From an uncultured virus (IMG/VR IMGVR_UViG_3300032069_000862) (Duplodnaviria > Heunggongvirae > Uroviricota > Caudoviricetes), in the IMG/VR virus record IMGVR_UViG_3300032069_000862: a DNA stretch of 24,046 nucleotides; one strand, given 5' to 3'. The position numbers and the translations under genes are program-made. Below the pieces are notes generated by a model. The model made no database searches. It was not told the DNA's origin and was given only the letters and a program-made list of their open reading frames with translations. Positions 18,486 to 24,046 of this stretch are shown here, piece after piece. Positions within the stretch are counted from its first letter, which is position 1. Every line of letters starts with the position of its first letter.

Positions 18486-19267
18486 TTGAACTTAATAAAA
18501 TCTTTTTGGAAAAGCAAGGAAAATTAGATATTTTGAAACAGATTCCAGATAAAACTATTCATCTAATTGTTACATCTCCACCCTATCCTATGATAGAAAT
18601 GTGGGATGAAATATTTGAAAATGTTGGTTGTAGAACTTATGATGGGATGCATGATTTTCTTGCAAAGTTTTGGAAAAAATGCTATAATATTTTAATAGAT
18701 GGCGGCATTCTTTGTATAAATATAGGAGATGCAACACGTTCTATAAATGGAAAATTCAAACTATATCCAAATCATGCTAGAATAATTGAGATTTGTGAAC
18801 AAATTGGATTTAAAACACTTCCTTTTATTTTATGGAAAAAACCAACTAATAAACCCAATGCCTTTTTGGGGTCGGGATTCTTACCACCAAATGCATATGT
18901 CACTCTGGATTGCGAATTTATCTTAATTTTCAGAAAGGGAGACCTCAGAAAGTTTTCTCCAAATGATAAAATTCGTTATGATAGTCAATATACAAAGGAA
19001 GAAAGAGATAAATATTTCTCTCAAATATGGGAAATAAAAGGCTGTCCGCAAAACAATCTAGGAAAGAGAACGGCATCTTTTCCAGAAGAGATTCCATATA
19101 GATTAATCAAAATGTTTTCGGTAAAAAATGATATTATTTTAGACCCCTTTGTAGGAATTGGAACTACTTGTATAGCGGCTAAAAGGCTTAATAGAAGATA
19201 TATAGGAATTGAAATTTATCAAGAATATATAGATTATGCTAATAAGGAGTTAGCAAAAATTGAATAA
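18482..19267 (+). CDS. Beta-class DNA methyltransferase (probably N4-cytosine)
   Basis: VTSPPY, ASFPEEIPYRLIKMFS, DPFVGIGTT; ATGA overlap with the upstream gene. Confidence 0.93.
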   Translation: MIELNKIFLEKQGKLDILKQIPDKTIHLIVTSPPYPMIEMWDEIFENVGCRTYDGMHDFLAKFWKKCYNILIDGGILCINIGDATRSINGKFKLYPNHARIIEICEQIGFKTLPFILWKKPTNKPNAFLGSGFLPPNAYVTLDCEFILIFRKGDLRKFSPNDKIRYDSQYTKEERDKYFSQIWEIKGCPQNNLGKRTASFPEEIPYRLIKMFSVKNDIILDPFVGIGTTCIAAKRLNRRYIGIEIYQEYIDYANKELAKIE

Positions 19268-20213
19268 AATTGAGATAATTGAATATAAGTCGAATGGTCA
19301 TCCAGATACGTTGACTGACCTCTGTGTTGAAGCGTGTGCATCGTCTTTGGATGAATATTACGTTAAAAAATATGGACGAGTTTTACATTATAATGTTGAT
19401 AAGGCAGTTTTTCTTGCTGGCGATGCTAAAGTCTGGTTTGGCGGTGGACGAATAATTAAACCGCCATGCTTTATTCTTGGCGGTCAAGTAAGCAATTTAA
19501 CAAACGAATTAAAACAAACTCTAATTAGAACAATTACCGAAACCATAAAACTACACCTTCCAAATCTTGAAAAATTCAATATTGAAATAAGATGTAATAA
19601 TGTCGCTCAAAATCTTACAGATATATCTGTTCAAAATAAAATATTATGTAATGATACATCTTTTGGTGTAGGTTATTATCCGTTTTCCGTTAACGAATTG
19701 AAAGTAATGTCTATTCGTGATGAATTATATAAAATGATTTTAGAACAAGAAATTCCTATCGGAGAACTTTTCAAGATAATGTTAACTCCGAAAACAATTT
19801 CTATATCTGCCCCGCTTTATGCACAAAGAGTTCATAACATAGAGCAGTATGCAAAATATAAAGCCGAAATAGAAAAACATTTAAGCAAATACGGAAATGT
19901 GGTTTTTAATCCAGACTTTGAAAGTGGTTTTCCTTATTTAACTTTAACTGGCTCGTCAATTGAATGTGGTGATGATGGACAGGTTGGTAGAGGAAATCGC
20001 TATAACGGACTGATTACGCCATGCAGACCAATGACCATGGAAGCATATCACGGAAAAAATAACAAAAACCATATTGGTAAAATATACCAGAAATGGGCGT
20101 TTGAAAAAGCCAAACAAATTTATGAAAAAACTGGCAAATATACAGAAATCATTCTAGTTGGTAAAATAGGAAAACCAATAACTGACTATGAAATTTATCA
20201 ATTAACGGGGTGA
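19260..20213 (+). CDS. mat: Archaeal-type S-adenosylmethionine synthetase, shortened (317 aa)
   Basis: EYKSNGHPDTLTD, HYNVDK, NDTSFGVGYYPFS, YLTLTGSSIECGDDGQVGRGNR, GLITPCRPMTMEA, GKN..NHIGKIY; TTG start after AAGGAG. Confidence 0.9.
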   Translation: MNKIEIIEYKSNGHPDTLTDLCVEACASSLDEYYVKKYGRVLHYNVDKAVFLAGDAKVWFGGGRIIKPPCFILGGQVSNLTNELKQTLIRTITETIKLHLPNLEKFNIEIRCNNVAQNLTDISVQNKILCNDTSFGVGYYPFSVNELKVMSIRDELYKMILEQEIPIGELFKIMLTPKTISISAPLYAQRVHNIEQYAKYKAEIEKHLSKYGNVVFNPDFESGFPYLTLTGSSIECGDDGQVGRGNRYNGLITPCRPMTMEAYHGKNNKNHIGKIYQKWAFEKAKQIYEKTGKYTEIILVGKIGKPITDYEIYQLTG

Positions 20214-20216
20214 TAA

Positions 20217-21089
20217 ATGATGGCAAAGAAGAAAACTGGTTGGAAACGGTATCCACACATTCCACTTTTGCTTTCACTTAAACCGTCTCCACGAATTCTT
20301 CTTGGACAACGATTATTCTGGACTACAAAAGCCGATGGAAGTTGCATAGCCCTCTGGCTTGACGAAAAATCAAAAATCAGAATATCCAGTAGAAATCTTG
20401 AAACCGCTTCAATTGGTTTACAAAATCTAGTTAAAAATTATGAGGATTATCCTAAATTATTAGAATTATTAAAAGAAAATCCGCAGTTCATAATTTATGT
20501 TGAAGCCTGCCGAAAAGGAAGAAGCGTGACTGGAATTGAAAATTATGAGCGAAATATCCTCTATGTATTCGACATCTACGATAAAAATTCGGCGAAATTT
20601 TTGCCCTATGTGAATGTCCACCAACATGCTTACCACCACAATATCCCCTGCGTGAAATTATTCGCCGAAACTCGTCATCGAAGCATGAAAGACTTGCTAA
20701 AGTTTTCAAACCACGCTTTAGAATATTGTGAGGCGATGCATATTGAAGGTATGGTAATCAAGGCTTATAAAGTGCCAGAAACATTTTCTGAATGGCGTGA
20801 ATTTGAGGACGGATTGATTCAAGCGAAAGTTAAACTTGACGTTCCTGAACCAATTAAACGCAAAATTAGTAAAGGGGAAGTTATTCTTCCGCCAATGCCA
20901 GACAATGAAGTTTACGGGGCAATATCGAAGGTTGAAGCTGATTCTGGATTAACTGGCGAAGCAAAACACGATTTACCACTTATTGCGAAATATGTTAACG
21001 AAGAATGCAAAAAACATTTGTATAAAGAACCTAAAGGAAAACTGTATAACTATTGGAAAGATTATTTAGAAAGGATGATGAAAAAATGA
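20217..21089 (+). CDS. ATP-dependent RNA ligase family protein
   Basis: Nucleotidyltransferase motifs I TKADGS, Ia ISSRN, III YVE, IIIa YVFDI, IV EGMVIK, V AKVK; N-terminal RYPHI as in RNA ligases; no OB domain evident. Confidence 0.82.
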   Translation: MMAKKKTGWKRYPHIPLLLSLKPSPRILLGQRLFWTTKADGSCIALWLDEKSKIRISSRNLETASIGLQNLVKNYEDYPKLLELLKENPQFIIYVEACRKGRSVTGIENYERNILYVFDIYDKNSAKFLPYVNVHQHAYHHNIPCVKLFAETRHRSMKDLLKFSNHALEYCEAMHIEGMVIKAYKVPETFSEWREFEDGLIQAKVKLDVPEPIKRKISKGEVILPPMPDNEVYGAISKVEADSGLTGEAKHDLPLIAKYVNEECKKHLYKEPKGKLYNYWKDYLERMMKK

Positions 21090-21421
21090 TGCGAATAAAA
21101 ATCAGGCGAATAAGACATAACTACGATGCCAGATTCTTTAAATATGAAAGGATAAAAAAGCCATCAGATTCTGGAATTTCGTTTCTTCATAATAAAATTT
21201 TTGTGGCTGATTGTTATATGGAAAATTGTGGGTTCTGGCTGCATGAATTAACTGAACTATCAATCATTCGCATTCTAAATCGTTGGAAATATCCATGGAG
21301 AAATTGGGTTCGTTTTAGAGGTTTTAAAGAGGCGAAAATTGCTCATTTTATAAGTCCTTTTGGATTAAATAATAATCGTTGTTTGTTGCCTCAAAAAAAT
21401 AAGCGTGACCCTAAATGGTGA
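21086..21421 (+). CDS. Hypothetical basic protein with HExxE motif
   Basis: WLHELTE with downstream AH; ATG 21086 overlaps the ligase stop (ATGA); track start 21053. Confidence 0.6.
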   Translation: MMRIKIRRIRHNYDARFFKYERIKKPSDSGISFLHNKIFVADCYMENCGFWLHELTELSIIRILNRWKYPWRNWVRFRGFKEAKIAHFISPFGLNNNRCLLPQKNKRDPKW

Positions 21422-21714
21422 AACGGTTAGAAATTAGAACTGGAGAATGTGGCTGTTTTTCTTTCTTCCCCCCCAGTCCATATGGTCATTATTGTCATCA
21501 TAAAAAATCCATTTATCTTGGAAATAAATGCACGGAACGATATATTGAAAGAGTTCTTAATCATGAGTCAATTCATTGGATAATTTCTCAAAATATAGGT
21601 TTTAAGATGTCTAGTGAATTCGATAATTTATTCTATGGAGTCAATAGTGTTGCTTCGAATGGAACGCCAAATAAAATAATTGATTTAAAAAAAGAGCAAA
21701 TTATTATACGATAA
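21415..21714 (+). CDS. Small zincin-like (HExxH) protein
   Basis: SIYL...VLNHESIHWII, the strand-then-HExxH-helix layout of minimal zincins. Confidence 0.6.
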   Translation: MVKRLEIRTGECGCFSFFPPSPYGHYCHHKKSIYLGNKCTERYIERVLNHESIHWIISQNIGFKMSSEFDNLFYGVNSVASNGTPNKIIDLKKEQIIIR

Positions 21715-21770
21715 TATTTGAATATCTGGAGTAAGACTCTGTAAGAATTCTACAGATAGTTAAATCTGAA

Positions 21771-21834
21771 AAGATTAATCAATTGATTAAACGAATCTTA
21801 CTAATTTTTGGCAAGATTAATCAATTGATTAAAC
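21771..21834. repeat. Two 22-bp direct repeats containing palindrome copies 3 and 4
   Basis: AAGATTAATCAATTGATTAAAC at 21771-21792 and 21813-21834 (42-bp period). Confidence 0.9.
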
Positions 21835-21835
21835 A

Positions 21836-21851
21836 TAGCAACGTTTATAAG
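21836..21851 (+). promoter_or_regulatory. Probable TATA promoter of the right-hand small-ORF operon
   Basis: TAGCAACGTTTATAAG ending 34 nt before ATG 21885. Confidence 0.55.
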
Positions 21852-21884
21852 GCGGGATGTGCATTCTATCAGTAGTGAAATAAA

Positions 21885-22067
21885 ATGACACCACCACCAT
21901 TTAGAAAACCAAAACCCTTATTCGATTCAGAGGTAGGATATTGCCCGTTCATGAAGGATACATGCCGAAGAGACTGTGTATTCCATAGTAATGGTTCAAA
22001 TGTGAATGTTAACTATACTGAATGTTTAATAATGAAAGCGATAACAAAGATTATTTATGGTGTTTAA
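21885..22067 (+). CDS. Small Cys-rich hypothetical protein
   Basis: CPF..DTCRRDCVF...EC pattern; first gene after the promoter. Confidence 0.65.
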   Translation: MTPPPFRKPKPLFDSEVGYCPFMKDTCRRDCVFHSNGSNVNVNYTECLIMKAITKIIYGV

Positions 22068-22069
22068 AA

Positions 22070-22309
22070 ATGAAATCGCCAGCACGAATAAGAATACCAT
22101 TAGAAAATCTCACCCAAGAAGAACGCAAAGAAATAGATAATGCTATGGGAAAGACCCTCATAATCATTGCCGACGAACCGTGCTTAACTTGTGGACATAA
22201 AATTAGAATCCAAAGAATTGAACGTTCAGATGGACAGAAAGAACTCGTTCAAGAATGCCTTTACTGTGCCACAAAAATTCATACGAAAGCTAATCGTTCC
22301 AGTCCATAA
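22070..22309 (+). CDS. Small Zn-ribbon protein
   Basis: CLTCG...CLYC; ATG 22070 is 2 nt after the upstream stop (track start 22022). Confidence 0.65.
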   Translation: MKSPARIRIPLENLTQEERKEIDNAMGKTLIIIADEPCLTCGHKIRIQRIERSDGQKELVQECLYCATKIHTKANRSSP

Positions 22310-22320
22310 AATAATTGGAG

Positions 22321-22629
22321 ATGATTGAAATCCCATACATAAAAAAAGAAAAACGTCCAAACTTTGATGAAGCAATCAATAAACTCGTTGCTCTCTTGAA
22401 AAGTTCCACAGATTCTGGGCAACATGACAATGGGGATGTGGTCTATGCAATCTATAGAATTATAATTGACATTTATGCCTATGGAAACTTTGAAATCAAA
22501 AGCAATGCTTTAAAAGTTCTTGAGTCGGCTAAATTGGAATATTATCGAAAAGTCATGGGACCTTATGAAAATTTAAAGATTGCTGAAAATGGTGATGTAA
22601 AAGAGGGGGGTGAATCGCAAAATGTGTGA
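22321..22629 (+). CDS. Conserved phage hypothetical protein (DUF6899-like)
   Basis: PYIK near the N-terminus and LESAKLEYYRKVMGPYENLKIAENGDV, a pattern I recognise from tailed-virus proteins; GGAG before ATG 22321. Confidence 0.7.
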   Translation: MIEIPYIKKEKRPNFDEAINKLVALLKSSTDSGQHDNGDVVYAIYRIIIDIYAYGNFEIKSNALKVLESAKLEYYRKVMGPYENLKIAENGDVKEGGESQNV

Positions 22630-22891
22630 GCATTGTGCAACACCTGAATCGTGTCCTCATGCATGTCCACAACAAGAAGTTAAAAAGAATCCAATCAAAT
22701 CATTTGTCACGCAAATAGTTTATCTGACCGTTCTATTAATACCTGAAATCCTATTAAAGAAATTAACTAAACTGCGAATGAAGAGAGCCTTAATCAAACA
22801 ATGGAATGCTATGCCAGTAGAACAACAATTGTTCTTTTGGCAGTTAAGTCAGAAAATTAAAGAAACTATGAAAAAGGAGATGATGCAATGA
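22622..22891 (+). CDS. Hypothetical protein with N-terminal Cys cluster
   Basis: MCEHCATPESCPHAC; GGGGTGA upstream; overlaps both neighbours. Confidence 0.6.
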   Translation: MCEHCATPESCPHACPQQEVKKNPIKSFVTQIVYLTVLLIPEILLKKLTKLRMKRALIKQWNAMPVEQQLFFWQLSQKIKETMKKEMMQ

Positions 22892-23178
22892 CAAATCCCC
22901 TATGTCCAGAAAAAGGTTGCAAACGTGTAATGATAATCAAGGAATTCACAAACTGTATTGAAAAAGGTCGATGGGGTCTCAGTAAATATTGGGTTTGTCC
23001 AGTTCATAAACATCAAAGATTCAAGGTTGGTGCTGAAGTTATCCTAAGAAAGCCAGTTCCAATAAAAGAACCAAATCTCTATGAAGGGTCAGAAAAAGCA
23101 ACTAAGCCAAGTCGTCAAAGGCGATTTCTTGTTCCGAGAAAAATTAGAAGGAAGATAATCCGTGAACAAAAAGAATGA
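22888..23178 (+). CDS. Hypothetical Zn-ribbon protein with basic tail
   Basis: CPEKGC...CPVH, Arg/Lys-rich C-terminus; AAGGAG site and ATGA overlap. Confidence 0.65.
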   Translation: MTNPLCPEKGCKRVMIIKEFTNCIEKGRWGLSKYWVCPVHKHQRFKVGAEVILRKPVPIKEPNLYEGSEKATKPSRQRRFLVPRKIRRKIIREQKE

Positions 23179-24046
23179 AGAATCTGTAATTATTTGGGAT
23201 TTAATGAACGGCGACCATAACCAAAAACATAAAGTTTGTGAGTCTCATCTACGCTCAATTTTTAAAGGCATTACTGCAAAAGCGATGGAAGTTATTGTTG
23301 ATTTCGTTGTGATTAACATTTTCCTCAATCGTTCGATGGAATCTTTTGGAATTGCTATGGGAATTGAATTCTTCTGTTATTGTGTGAATTACGTAAATGA
23401 ACGAATGTGGCTTCGTTTCTCATATGGAAGAAAAATAATAGACGTGGACAATTCCCCACAAGATTCTTTTTGGATTTATATTGCATCTTTCTTAGATGGA
23501 GAAGGTTACATAGTGAAACGAAAAACAAGAACAAACGACAAATTTCCAATAATAGGACTTTCACAGGTGAAACCAAAAGTTCTCGAAGTTATCAGAGAAT
23601 TTTTGTCCAATAATGAAATAACGACAAGTTTTTTTAGTCATAGGAGCGGAATCAACAATTCTCTTTGTTGGCACTTAACAGTTAATAGGCATGAAGACAA
23701 GATTAAATTTTTGGAAAACGTCATTCCATTTATGATTGTAAAGAAAAAATTAGCTGAAGAAGCACTGCATTGGTTAAAATTTGAGAGAAAAATTAAAAGA
23801 AAATCATTTTCAGACTTTCAAATTTCTGAAATCATTAGAGCGTTTAAAACTGGTCGAAAATGCGAAGATTTGGGGTTTAAATATGGTTGCAATGCTAGAA
23901 CTATAGGGAAATTATTACAGAAAAATGGCGTAAATTTGAGAACATACAGCCAAAAAAGAAATCGTAATAAAAATGGAAGATTTCTAACTAAATCCATTTA
24001 CCAAAAGATAATTCAATGGGGACGGAAAATTACTCACAAAAAATAG
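23162..24046 (+). CDS. DUF2061-like domain fused to a single-motif LAGLIDADG homing endonuclease with probable C-terminal HTH
   Basis: ESHLRSIFKGIT...YVNERMWLRFSYG (DUF2061-like), YIASFLDGEGYI, FLENVIPFMIVKKK, EDLGFKYGCNARTIGKLL. True start may be ATG 23204. Confidence 0.78.
   Translation: MNKKNEESVIIWDLMNGDHNQKHKVCESHLRSIFKGITAKAMEVIVDFVVINIFLNRSMESFGIAMGIEFFCYCVNYVNERMWLRFSYGRKIIDVDNSPQDSFWIYIASFLDGEGYIVKRKTRTNDKFPIIGLSQVKPKVLEVIREFLSNNEITTSFFSHRSGINNSLCWHLTVNRHEDKIKFLENVIPFMIVKKKLAEEALHWLKFERKIKRKSFSDFQISEIIRAFKTGRKCEDLGFKYGCNARTIGKLLQKNGVNLRTYSQKRNRNKNGRFLTKSIYQKIIQWGRKITHKK

Noticed and set aside
16866..19267. Complete restriction-modification system
   Set aside because: No recognisable endonuclease next to the two MTases; treated as orphan MTases.
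1292..20709. Short minus-strand and alternate-frame ORFs inside polB, mcm, lon, the glycan genes, protease, MTases and ligase
   Set aside because: Contained within genes with strong motifs; no motifs or expression signals of their own.
20217..21089. DNA ligase or mRNA capping enzyme
   Set aside because: No C-terminal OB domain evident; the YPHI and SRN motifs fit RNA ligases better.
21771..21834. Two identical palindromic 22-mers with a 20-nt spacer as a mini-CRISPR array
   Set aside because: Only two copies, short spacer, no cas genes, and the same core occurs singly at promoters.
23440..24046. Third intein in the last ORF
   Set aside because: No N-terminal Cys block, TxxH block or terminal His-Asn; looks like a non-intein LAGLIDADG.
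1..24046. tRNA, rRNA, integrase or virion structural genes
   Set aside because: None recognised and intergenic gaps are short and AT-rich; the viral assignment therefore remains an inference.

Overview
AT-rich, densely coding window with archaeal transcription signals (BRE-TATA boxes 31-35 nt upstream of starts, GGTGA/GGAG ribosome-binding sites). Gene content suggests a large archaeal virus or other extrachromosomal element, probably of a TACK-type host, although no capsid, terminase or integrase is present to prove it. Left to right: a partial Zn-finger ORF and a GNAT acetyltransferase (minus strand); a PolB1-like DNA polymerase; a small membrane protein; an MCM helicase with a 331-aa LAGLIDADG intein; a membrane-anchored LonB protease with a 327-aa intein, coupled to a five-gene glycan-modification operon; a Cys/acidic protein, a trypsin-like protease and a 44-aa CxxCxGxG protein missed by the ORF track; an operon of two DNA methyltransferases, a shortened archaeal-type SAM synthetase, an RNA ligase and two zincin-like proteins; then small phage-like ORFs ending in a DUF2061-LAGLIDADG fusion. 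The clearest unexplained signals are a perfect 16-bp palindrome (TTAATCAATTGATTAA) in four copies, three of them just upstream of the BRE-TATA of polB, mcm and a third operon, and the methyltransferase/SAM synthetase/RNA ligase cassette. All family calls come from motif recognition by eye; no searches were run.
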